DNA of 64,000 nucleotides. Source: Camelus ferus (Eukaryota). Where the stretch lies: contig NC_045696.1 of assembly GCF_009834535.1 (NCBI RefSeq), forward strand, positions 75,022,001 through 75,086,000, read 5' to 3'. The first letter of the stretch is position 1. Every line of letters starts with the position of its first letter. The notes under the pieces are model-generated. The model did no database searches and had not been told where the DNA came from. It worked only from the letters and a program-made list of their open reading frames with translations. The position numbers and the translations under genes are program-made. Shown here one piece after another: positions 27,783-39,639 of the stretch.

Positions 27783-28226
27783 TACTCCACCATAAAAAAA
27801 TAATAAAATAATGCCACTTGCAGCAACATGGGTGGACCTGGAGATTGTCATTCTAAGTGAAGTAAGCCAGAAAGAGAAAGAAAATTATGATATGATATCA
27901 TTCATATGTGGAATTTAAAAAAAAGACAAACAAACTTATTTGCAAAACAGAAACAGACTCACAGACATAAAGAACAAACTTGTGGTTACCGAGGGGGTGG
28001 GGGAAGTGGGGGGAGGGAGGGGATAAATTAGGAGTTCAAGATATCCAGATGCTAACTAATATATATAAAATAAACAACAAGTTCATACTGTATAGTGCAG
28101 GGAACTATATTCAATATCTTACAATGAACTATGGTGAAAAAGAATATGAAAACAAATATATGTATGACTGAAGCATTATGCTGTACACCAGAAATTGACA
28201 CAACATTGTAAACTGACTATACTTCA

Positions 28227-28283
<57 letters not shown>

Positions 28284-28285
28284 TA
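27783..28285 (+). mobile_element. Younger L1 3' fragment nested in the older L1; tail is a (TA)n(CA)n microsatellite
   Basis: L1 3'UTR ending TGTAAACTGACTATACTTCAATT. Perfect 16-bp TSD AAAGAAGAGCTAATAC (27767-27782, 28286-28301). Confidence 0.9.
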
Positions 28286-29510
28286 AAAGAAGAGCTAATA
28301 CCTTTCCTTCTTAAACTATTCCAAAAAACTGAAGAGGAGGAAACACCACAAAATTCATTCTATGAGGCCACTATTACCCTGATACCAAACCCAGACAGTG
28401 ACAGTACAAAAAAAGAAAATTACAGGCCAATATCTCTGATGAATATAGATGCAAAAATCCTTGACAAAACATTAGCAAACAGAATTCACCTATATATAAA
28501 AAGGATCATATACCATGATCAAGTGGGATTTACACCATGGAGGCAAGGATGATTCAATATCCACAAATCAATGTGATATACCACATTAACAGAAGGAAGG
28601 ATAAAACCCATATGATAATCTCAATAGACGCAGAAAAAGCATTTGACAAAATTTAACATCCATTTATGATAAAAACTCTCAGCAAAGTTGATACAGAGGA
28701 AATATATCTCAACATAATAAAGGCCATTTATATGACAAACCCACAGCTAATATCATAATCAATGGTGAAAAGCTGAAAGCTTTTCCTCTAAGATCAGGAA
28801 CAAGACTAGGATGCCCACTCTTGCCACTTCTGTTCAACACAGTACTGGAAGTTCCAGCCACAGCAACTAGACAAGAAAAAGAAATAAAAGGCATCCAAAT
28901 TAGAAGAGAAGAAGTAAAACTGTCACTATTTGCAGATGATGTGATACTATATATAGAAAACCCTAAAGTTTCCACACAAAAACTATTATAACTAATAAAT
29001 CAATTCAGTAAAGTTGCAGGATATAAAATTAATATACGGAAATCTGCTGCCTACCTACACATTGATAATTAACTATCAGAAAGACAAAGCAAGAAAACAA
29101 TCCCATTTAAAATCACATCAAAAAGAATAAAATACCTAGGAATATACACCCAAGGAGGTAAAAGACCCATACTCTGAAAACTATAAAACACTGATGAAGG
29201 AAACTGAAGATGATACAAAGAAATGGAAAGATATCCTGTCTTATGCAAGTGCATGCATGTATCAGACTGGAAGAATTAATGTTGTTAAAATGCCCATACT
29301 ACTCAAAGCAATCTAGAGACTTAATGCAATCCCAATCAAAATACCCATGACATCTTCCAAGAACAAACAATTCTAAAATTTATATGGAACCACAAAAAAC
29401 CACAAATAGTCAGAGCAATCTTGAGAAAAAGAGAACAAAGCTGAAGGTTTCATACTCCCTGACTTAAGACCATACTACAAAGCTACAGTAATCAAAACAG
29501 CATGGTACTG

Positions 29511-29616
29511 ACACCCAAAACTAACACAAAACTGTAAATCAACCATACCTCAATTTTTAAAAGCTACATTATCTTTCTCAGAGATAATAAAAGGACATAT
29601 ATTTTCTTAAAAAAAA
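29511..29616 (+). mobile_element. Very short L1 3' end plus putative 3'-transduced sequence
   Basis: ACTAACACAAAACTGTAAATCAACCATACCTCAATTTTTAAAA, then unique sequence with AATAAA (29586-29591) and poly-A. TSD-like AAAACAGCATGGTACTG / AAAACAGTATGGTGTTG. Confidence 0.7.
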
Positions 29617-30596
29617 AAAACAGTATGGTGTTGGTACAAAAATAAACAGATCAATGAAACAGAATACAGAGCCCAGAAATAAATCTACATACCTATGTTC
29701 AATTAATCTATGACAAAGGAGGCAAGAACATGCAATAGAGAAAAGATAGTCTCTTCAATAAGTGGTGCTGGGAAAACTGGACTGCAACATGTCAAAGAAT
29801 GAAATTAGAACATTTTCTCACATCATATATACAAAAATAAACTCAAAATGGATTAAAGACCTAAATGTAAGACTGAAAACCATAAAACTCCTAGAAGAAA
29901 ACATAAGCAGAACACTCTTTGACATAAATCATAACAATATTTTGGGGGATCTGTCTCCTAAGACAAAGGAAATAAAAACAAAAATAAACAAATGAAACCT
30001 AATTAAACTTAAAAGCTTTTGGACAGCAAAGGAAACCACCAACAAAATGAAAAGATAACCTAAAGAACGGGAGAAAAGGTTTGCAAATAACATGACTGAT
30101 AAGGGGTTAATATCTAAAATACATAAATAACTCATACAACTCAACATCAAAAAAAAAAACCAAAAAACAACCCAATTAAAAAAAGTGCAGAAGAGCTGAA
30201 TAGACATTTTGCCAAAGAAAACATACAGATGGCCAATAGGCACATGAAAAGATGCTCAAGATTGTTAATCATCAGAGAAATGCAAACTAAAATCACAATG
30301 AGATGTAATATCACACCTGTCAGAGAAGCTATGATCAAAAAGAACACAAATATCAAATGTTGGTGAGGATGCGGAGAAAAAGGAACCCTTATACACTGTT
30401 GGTAGGAATGCATATTGGTGCAGTCACTGTGGAATACAGTACGGAGGTTCCTCAAAAAAGTAAAAATAGAACTACTATATGACCCAGCAATTCCACTCCT
30501 GGGTATATATCTAAAGAAAATAAAAAAACAAGTTTGAAAAGACACATGCACCCCAATGTTCATAGCAGCATTATTTAAAATAGCCAAGATATAGGT

Positions 30597-30632
30597 GCTT
30601 CGTTAGTGCAGTAGGTAGCACGTCAGTCTCAT
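30597..30632 (+). pseudogene. 5'-half elongator tRNA-Met(CAT) tailless retropseudogene
   Basis: GCTTCGTTAGTGCAGTAGGTAGCACGTCAGTCTCAT vs tRNA-Met GCCTCGTTAGCGCAGTAGGTAGCGCGTCAGTCTCAT. TSD AAATAGCCAAGATAT (30578-30592) / AAACAGCCAAGATAT (30634-30648). Confidence 0.88.
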
Positions 30633-31544
30633 GAAACAGCCAAGATATGGAAGCAATTTAAGTGTCCATCAACAGATGAATGGATAAAGAAAATGTGGTA
30701 TATACGTACAGTGGAATACTATTCAGTCATTAAAAGAATGAATTTTGCCACTTGCAACAATATGGACCTCTAGGGTATTATGCTTAGCAAAGTAAGTCAG
30801 ACAGAGAAAGACAAATACTACATGTTACCACTTATATGTGAAATCTAAAAAATAAATGAATGAATATAAAAAAATGGAAACAGACTCACAAATATAGAGA
30901 ACTAGTGGTTACCAGTGGGGAAAGGGAAGAGACATGGACAGGGGATTAAGAAGTACAAACTACTAAGTATAAAATAAACAAGGATATATTGTTTGTACAA
31001 TGCAAGGATACATTGTACAGCACAGGGAATATAGCCAATATTTTATAATACTTTAAAAAGGAGTATAATCTAGAAAAATACTGAATCACTACTTGAACAT
31101 CTGAAACTAATATAATATTGTAGATCAACTATACTTCAATTTAAAAAAAGAGAAAAAAGGTATCTTCTGGGGATTCTGAGATTCTAGGAATGGACAGGGA
31201 AAATAAATCCATAGGAAGCACAGATCAGCTGTGAAAAATGTACTTCTGTTTACTTAATTCACTTCTGTCCATGAATTCCTCATTCTTATAATGTTAAATC
31301 TCCATATGCTAACTTCAAATTCCCAGAGTAAGAACAAAACTTAAAAAAAAAAAAGTTATAATAGAACAAAAACCAAGCATTAATGTCAAGAAGCTTGTTA
31401 GAAAGAAACCTTGTTATTCACTCTCCAGAGAGTGGCTCCATTAGCAAATCCTCAGAAGGGACTGAATTCAATTCACTACACAACATTAAATCCCCTAAAT
31501 AAATCCATATGAATATGACATAGTTCATGCTCTCAAGAAGCATA

Positions 31545-31790
31545 CAGATACTCACTGAGTGCTCACTATGTGCTAAGTATTGTTCTAAATGCTTTCATGT
31601 ATTAGTCATTTAATCTTTATTATAATGCTATTATGTAAGTATTGTTATTATCCCTCTTTTACAAATGAGGAAATACGTATTAACCCAGACAATATTTAGC
31701 CCAGACAGGTTAATAACTGCCCCAAAACACAAAACTAGTAATTGTGATAGTCTGGCTTCAGAGTATATGGTCTTAACCGCTGCGACATAT
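31545..31790. mobile_element. MIR SINE
   Basis: CTGAGTGCTCACTATGTGCTAAG...CATTTAATCTT...TATTATCCCTCTTTTACAAATGAGGAAA, the MIR core. Confidence 0.75.
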
Positions 31791-34700
31791 TTAGGAGAAG
31801 AAAAGTTAAATTAAAGAACCTTACATACACTGACAATATTTTGTGGATTTTCTAAGCCTTTCCTGACTTCAAATATTCTGTACAGTTGTCAGATTAGTTG
31901 ACCCCATTCTGACTGGGAAAAAAGTTATTTGCAGGAGGAATGTCCTCAACCAATTTATGTCTGATATTTATACTCAACAAAAGACCATCACATGATTCAT
32001 TTAGCTGTGCTTTAGTAGTTGTTCATTAGTAGATCATTTAGCTGTATATTAGCTGTGTCTGTGAACATCACATGGCTGTAAAAAGAGCAGGCTTTAATTG
32101 CATAGATTTTGAGGAAATCTGAAGTACTACATTATCGCTAAGAAAGCTAAAAGTTGGTCACTTCCAGTGAAGAAAAAACAAAGAAACTACCAGTCTCCAC
32201 ACTATAAAATTATTAATATTATAAGTTGCACTGAGTTTTACTACCATTGTAATTATGAAGACAAGCACAGAAATTGCTTTGATAAAGCCAAGTTCAATTT
32301 TTACAACTGGCACATAGTTAAAGAAAAAGAATATAAACATTACTTTCATAAATACTTTAAGATGCTGCCTATCAAGTTCTCAATTGCAAATAATAATAGC
32401 CATTAGATTTTAAGGAAATCTTCATGTGGAAAATGACTTTAAAATGATGTTATTACTAATATATATATATATATATAATATGTATAAAAATGATAGTGTG
32501 ATAGTTTTTCCTTTTTTGCTGTCATGTATGGTTTGATTTTAGATCAGACTTCATAGTAGTACCTAATTTCAATCTTTTCCTCCCAAATTTTTCCATTGAT
32601 GTTGCTTTACATTTGATTACATGTTCTGTAAATCTACATTCCAGAATAGTAGCTTACTAAGGAAAAAACTCCAAGGTTTTTGTACGTGCCAAGAAGTTAA
32701 CCTCCTAAGGAAAACACACAATTCACTTGCTTTTAGGCTAAAGGCAGTCAATTGTTTCAAAATGCAATGTTACTTTCAGGTCTAGACCTGCAGTAAGTTC
32801 ATCAGAAAAGTACTTGGAAAACTACAATCTGTAAAAGAAAAATAAGCCACAGAAATCTGCTTAGCTTGTTGAAAAATGAGTACATACTCAAAATAACTCT
32901 AAATAATATCTCATTACCTGAACAGTTTGCTGGTTAAAAAATATTCAAAAGTTGAAGGTGAGTAATTTGAATACTTATAGAAACAACAAATCAATGACAT
33001 ACACACTACTGCCTTCTGATCAAGGACAATTATTTTTGTCACCTTTCCATATATTTGTCTGCACAACAGACATCTAGAAAAAAGAGGCTTGCTATGCCTC
33101 TGGAATTATGTTTCTAAGATTAGAACCTATTTTCTGAAAACCATCTAGTGGGATGGGTTACCAAAGGAAATTATGGAACATATTTTCCTAGAAGTCTTTA
33201 ACAAGTAAGGATGGTGTCCAGTGGCTATTAAGGCTGCTGTGACAGGTTTGCTGGCCTTCATAACCCTGGCAACTGTGTGCAATGGATGATCTACTCTCAA
33301 TGCCTGTCATCTAACTGCTCTCAGTGCCAGCAACCAAAATGGCCATGCCTGCAGTAAGTCTGATCCTCCAAAGTCATTGATGATTTTGGGAAGAAAAAAA
33401 ATTTTTCTAGTCCATTCTTTTCTGATGGCAGCTCTTCTCTGCCACAGAATTTTATATAAGGGACTTCAAATATGTGCAAATTTATAATCAGGCATATAAA
33501 AAGATTTTAGCATCTGAAAATACAACAAACTGAGATAGACTATCTTCCCTCTAGGAAGTGGCTTCCTTACGCTTCCCTGAAATCAGACATAAGACTTTAA
33601 AATGCTACGAATCTCAGAGAATTTAGCAATGATAAAGAATATCAGAAACTTTACAGGTGAACAAGCAAGTGCTGAAAGGTCAAGATCTAAGGCCAAACGG
33701 CTGGTTCAATACAGAATCTAGATTTTTGGACTCTTGATTCAGTGCTCTTTTAGGACACAGTCTCTCCTAACCTATCAATCTTTGTTAAAAATGTCCACAA
33801 ACATCAATAGGAATAGGCAACTACTCAATAACTTACAGAAAATTATTTCCTGTATCCTTCATAACTATACTCAGTAAATAATAAACTAAGACTGGCACAT
33901 AGCAATTTACCTACTTTTCAGATAGCTTAAAGCATATAGCTACTAACTAATAAAAAGATATGAAAAGTATTTTGATACACAATTATGATTCTACTGCAAA
34001 AAGATCACTTACTGATCACCTACTTTTGGGCACTATGCTAGATGCCGAGGACACAAGAATGAACACAAACATTGTCTCCTCTTGTTAAATAATTTATGCT
34101 TAAAATTATCGTCTTAATATTGCCTTAAATCTCTATAGTACTTTATAAGATGTATCTCTCCACTGAATCTTAATAACTCCAGGTGAGTTATGATTAGAAC
34201 AGAATGATTCTATCCCTAGCGCAGCTTTTGTCACATCACAACACTGACTTCTTTGGCTTCCACTATACAAATGTTTAAAATCTGAAGTGTACCAGACCAG
34301 ATAAGCATAGTCTGCAAGAATTTTTAACCTTTTTCTGTTTTTAAATCTCACACTTACTTCAAATGGCAATGCTGGCCCTGATACAGAGACTTCTTTGTAA
34401 CAACTGCAATTATATACTAAAAGTTACTAAAACTTAACCTCTTAAAAATGAGGCACAATTCAGATAAATTATCAAGCTAACTACTAAAATGATACAGTAT
34501 AAGTAAGTTTTGGGGGCCAAAAATGAAACATGTTATTCCTTACATATATACCAATATACTTGAGATCCAATTTGAAATTTGAAAAAAAAAGAAACATATT
34601 ATTCTTCTATTAATATAAATTTAACATAATGATTAATATGTATTTATGTTTCCTTAAATAATTTTATGCAATTTGGATCATTTAAATTATCTTGTTAATC

Positions 34701-36009
34701 ATATGAATTACTCAGCAAGCAGCATACTGCAATTCCTACTGTATTATTGCAGGAAAAGAGGCAAAGATGAGAGATATCTGCCTCCTTTTCCCCAAACAAA
34801 GTAGCACTTTGGGATTGGAATTTAGTCTTTCAGCCATCCAGACCAAAGTGCTAAAATCCGTACTTAAGAGTTTCACTGTTAAGAAACGTTAACCTTAAAG
34901 AAAAAGCTCTAAGCTACCACTTCTACTACAAACTTACAAACTTTGTATTGAAGCATTTTAACTTTAAACTCTCCAAATGGCATAGTTGGGTAGGGGGAGA
35001 CAGAACATCTAAAAATTCATTAACCTACATCAATTGATTTGTATTAATAAGAGATTAAATGTGAATAATATAAATAGCTATAAAACATTATCAGTATATC
35101 TAAGGTTAAGTGACCTTTCCGAATGCTGGAAATCTCAAGACTGTAAGTTGAATCCTCAGACTTTATTGTGTTGACTCAGGTTTCTTTTTCACACTCTAAG
35201 ACTTCATTTTTTCCTACCCATGGTTTTTAATTTTTATTATAATTTTTTTCTAAAAAGATTGATAGAGTTCATTTTATACATAAACTTAAGGAAAACTCAA
35301 ATAGGTTAATTTGCTTTATACAAAAATAAGACTGGTATCAAGAAACTTCAGCAGAGATATTATTATATTGTGTATAAGGTTACTTTCTATTACCAAATAA
35401 AGGTTAAAATAACTATACAAAATTAAGATACATGGCTCCCAAATAGAGAAAAATATCAATCACTTCAGTCTGCTAACTGATACTGTAACTGCTTAATCTG
35501 ACATCAAGAACATTCTTATCTTCTGAAATTGGTCCTGACCAGAGGTATACTTCTTTATCTCCTAGAAGTTCCAAAATACTGTCCCTGAATTTTAAAGTCT
35601 GGTGAACAGAGATTTCACCAAAATCTCTGGGTCTTCTTTTGTAAATCATCCTTAGTCTTAATTTGTTCCATTCTTTTGGAACAGTTAAGTCTGAGCTTAC
35701 ATTTTTTTGGAGATGGTTTAAGGTCATCAGTTTAGATTCTCCCTTCCTCCATATTATGTATTATTTGTCATGGTTCAAACCTCTAGGCATAATTATTTTC
35801 CAAGCAGGTTGACTAACACCTGGGTGTTTGACAGTGGAACAGGTTTCTAAGAAAATGAAACTAAAAGCCATGCGGTTTTTGGTCCCTAGTCACACCTGTA
35901 AAACTGGCAGTCAGCAAAGTGGAAGATAGGGTTTATTACATAAACTGTGTCTTTTTTCTTATCTCAGATAAGTCCACTCATGAGCTCTAACACCTCCTAA
36001 GGGTAAAGG

Positions 36010-36390
36010 AAATGAACATGTATTAAACACCTGATCCAGGACAAAAACTTTCTTGGATCTACACTATCTCATTTAATTCAACAACAAAAACAATAACAAC
36101 CCTGCTAAGTAGCAATTACTCCCACTATACAGATTAGGAAATCTGTCCAAAGTAATCATGCCAGTAAGTATAGAAGCCAGGTTTTGAACCAAAGAGGTTC
36201 AGATTTCCCAAAGCCAATATTTTTAGTACTCATAGGATTTTAAGGTTAGATCACTAAGTGCCATGTAGAGCACCCAATACAATTCATCTATGTTACAGAT
36301 AAGGAAACTAAGGCCCCAAAAGACTGAGACCTGCCCAAGGACACACACTTGTGGTGAGGTTGGGATCTGAATTCGTATCTCCTGATTTCT
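36010..36390. mobile_element. Two MIR fragments
   Basis: TCTCATTTAATTC...CCCCACTATACAGATTAGGAAA and TTACAGATAAGGAAACTAAGGCCCCAAAAGACTGAGACCTGCCCAAGG. Confidence 0.7.
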
Positions 36391-36629
36391 ATGTATAATT
36401 ATTTTTGCATGTGTGTGTATGTGTGTGTGTGTTTGAGTGTCACTCTTGATATAATTTATATACAATTTATAATATCTCAACTGTCTCCAAATGAAATTCA
36501 TATGTGTGGCAGGTTCAGGGATATGTATTTTTAGTGACCAAAAATAATTAATGCATTTGGCAAGAATAAAAATTTAATCAGCATTTATAAATTATTACAT
36601 GTTGTAAAGAAGTCTGTTGCCAATATATT

Positions 36630-37210
36630 TATTTATTCAGTCAATAAGTGCTTATTATGTACTAGCTACTATGCTTGGCAATGAGAATACAACTGAATAA
36701 GACAGTCCTTATCCTCATAAAATTTACATATTGGTGGAGGATACAGACAAATAAATAGGCAATTACCAATGCATGAGTCAATGCTATGACAGTGAGAGTA
36801 CAAGATGCTATGGGAACAGGAAGCAAGGACACCTAACCCAGACTAGACTTTTCAAAGGAGGTGACATGAAAGATGAGTAAGAGTTAGCCAGTTAAGGAAG
36901 GGGTATAGAGTGTGCAAATGTTTCAGGAAAAGCAAACAGCATTTGCACGTGAAGTAGGGAAAGGCCAAGGGAGCTGCAGGAGGAGGGAGGAGAGAGAAAT
37001 TCAGAGAGGGAAGAAAGAAACAAATCATATAGGTCTTCAAAAGCAAGGGTTTACAATCTTGTCTGTTAGAATTACCTGGGGAACTTCAAACAAACAAACA
37101 GATGTCCAGGCACCATCTCAGACCAATTAAATCAGAATCTCTAGGAATGAGACCCTGGCACTGCTAATTAGATGCTTCTAACACGAAGCCAGGATTGAAA
37201 ACCACTGTTT
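36630..37210. mobile_element. L2 fragment followed by a MER5A-like element (~37045-37208)
   Basis: ATTTATTCAGTCAATAAGTG...GAATAAGACAGTCCTTATCCTCAT (L2). TTAGAATTACCTGGGGAACTT...AATTAAATCAGAATCTCTAGG...GATTGAAAACCACTG (MER5A). Confidence 0.7.
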
Positions 37211-37641
37211 AAGCTACAGGGGGAATTAAACACACACAATTACTAAGAATAAGGGAAAAGGTGATCTTAAGTAATTAAATATATCTCTGGGCCCTAGTTT
37301 CTTTATCTATTGAAAAGCAGGCTGGAGCAAGTTAGAGATAGTATGAGATAATGAAAGGAGTCACAAAACATTAGTTTTGTCAATGGTCTATCACCTGACA
37401 CCTGTCTGACCTTAGATAAAAACGTCATTTCTCAGAGACAGTAATACTGCCTTCTCTACAGGATTGTTGTGTAGCTCAAGATAAGTATTCTTAATAAAAC
37501 AGCTCAATAACTGTGCAAATAAAATATAAGCAATGATTTTCCAAGACTTATGCTCTTAAAGTTGAACAATTTTTTTAAGATCATAAATATTTTCACCAGA
37601 GACGAAATCTTTAAGGTGCTTAAGAAACATAATTCATTTAA

Positions 37642-37733
37642 CGAATATATGTATGTATATGCATGGCTGGGACATTGTGCTGTAGACCAGAAATTGACAC
37701 ATTGTAACTGACTATACTTCAATTTAAAACAAA
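37642..37733 (+). mobile_element. Short L1 3'-end insertion
   Basis: TGCTGTAGACCAGAAATTGACACATTGTAACTGACTATACTTCAATT, the same end as 28180-28230. 20-bp TSD with 2 mismatches at 37622-37641 and 37734-37753. Confidence 0.85.
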
Positions 37734-38645
37734 AAGAAACCTATTTCATTTAAAGAATCACTCCTGCCTTGATATTCAAGATATTAAAATAATAAAAGAG
37801 AACTGATTCTTTTAATACTATTCTAGTTGCTAAAGAGATCAAACAGGATTAAGTTAGCCCCTTTCAAGTAAACAGATCAACAGAGTAAATGTCCTTTAAA
37901 TAGTAATAGCAAATGTTAAATGTTAAAAATTCTTTATCCAGTAAAGGGCACTAATAAGGAAAGGTATACACAAAGTAAACTGTTTTAGGAAAAGTTATTA
38001 TGACCTACTTTACTATGTAAGTACTTTATTTATAAATTTAGTTTGTTTTTTTTTTTTTAAGGGAATACTTATTTGGGATGGAGAGGATCTTATCCTGACA
38101 GGAAGGAAGCTCTGCCTTGACAAGGGCTGTTCCATGCAGAGCCAGGCAAAGCCACTACTCCTTTACAGTCCCCCTTTTACAAATATCTAGCTCTGTGAGA
38201 ATATATACTTTTATGTAGCAATTTTTTTTTATTTAAGAACAGTATTTGTATTTAGTGACATTTCTTTAATGCTATACCCAATTTACTTAAAGTTTAAAAA
38301 GAAACCTTTAGACATATAAAAACACTGTTGTGCATTTAAATGTGGTTCATTTTAAATTCTTAAACTAAAACTGGTAAGAATGCCTTTCAAACTTTATATT
38401 TATAGTCAATGATAAAATATTAAGTTAATATTTATTCACTTTCTTATAACTTTCCCCATGATGCTATTACCATTATGATGTGCCATCATTTCTTTCAACC
38501 ACCTATTTTGTGATTTTAATAGGAAAGCACTCTATTTTATAACGATGAAGAATGCACACGATAATTTTGAAAAAAGTTATGGATGAAATTTTAATTTTAT
38601 CCAAAAACATGAAATGAGAAAACTAAAAAACAAAACACCAATACA

Positions 38646-38646
<1 letters not shown>

Positions 38647-38686
<40 letters not shown>
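38647..38686 (+). repeat. (AC)n microsatellite
   Basis: About 20 uninterrupted AC units. Confidence 0.95.
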
Positions 38687-38688
<2 letters not shown>

Positions 38689-39639
38689 CATTGGGCCCTC
38701 TACAGATAATTTTGGCTGATGACACTGCAGAACAGTTAATCTGATAATTAAAATTTTCCAGAACATGTGATGTTTAGATAGAGATCTATGCTGTCAACCA
38801 GAATTCAATGCTTCAGTTAAAAAATGTTAAAACTTGAATACACAGACATATTAACAAATTAACACTGCAGTTGCTTCTAAAGTCCATTAATAAAGACGGT
38901 GTTCCGATTTATACAAATCAGCAACATGGTATCTTAAATATTTTCCAGGTCTTTCCTTAACTACACGCAATCCAGCACATAAACAAATTTTCTACGGAGC
39001 AATGTAAGCAAATACCCAGAAAACCTAGTTTCTAAGCAGGAAAACACGCGACCAATACTGCCCACAGTGAAATGTGGCCGTAATAATTACTCGACGACTT
39101 GAGCTACCAGGAGTTTACCCTACCCAAGTTTTCTAGGGGTTCCTCCAGGCCTCACAAAGTACGATTCAAAATACCATCTCGCAAACCCATGTCCTGCATG
39201 TGCACAAAGGCGCAGTGCTGGAATGAGGAAGCTTCATCAAACGAAATCACAACTCTACTTCATTAAAAAATATGCACGCTGTTTTTACAAAGGCCCCTCT
39301 TGTTCCGCTCCCCTTACCCTTTACATAACTACGTAAACAGGTCCCCAGTTACTGACATCTAAGAAAACAGCTTTCGATTCCCAAGTCTGGTAACTAGCCA
39401 CCATCGCCACTATTCCTTTAGCATCCTAAAATAAACCCCTCAAGCCGCGGTCAAAATACAGTGGCCGAACGTCTGGTGTTTACATAGAACAATTCTGGGC
39501 GCTACCCTACCTTTCTGAACCACTTGGGAGCTATGAAGCAGGTATCACATAATAGACTTACTAAAGACACAAATCACGAGACAATCTCTCAGGTCTATGA
39601 ATGAAAGATCCAATACGTTTGACTGTCTCTCGGTTAAAA

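Larger units (their letters stand above)
27713..31156 (+). mobile_element. 5'-truncated L1 (ORF2 RT to 3'UTR and poly-A) with several nested insertions; antisense to PIK3CA
   Basis: Clear ORF2 nucleotide motifs (TACAGGCCAATATCTCTGATGAATATAGATGCAAAAATCC, TTTGCAGATGATGTGATACTATAT) and ORF 29762..29995 [13 protein letters not shown]. Imperfect TSD AAAGTATCTGCTGGGG (27697-27712) / AAGGTATCTTCTGGGG (31157-31172). Confidence 0.93.

Noticed and set aside
35473..35727. 84-aa minus-strand ORF in non-repeat intronic DNA
   Set aside because: No recognisable homology, not PIK3CA coding sequence, and no convincing splice context.
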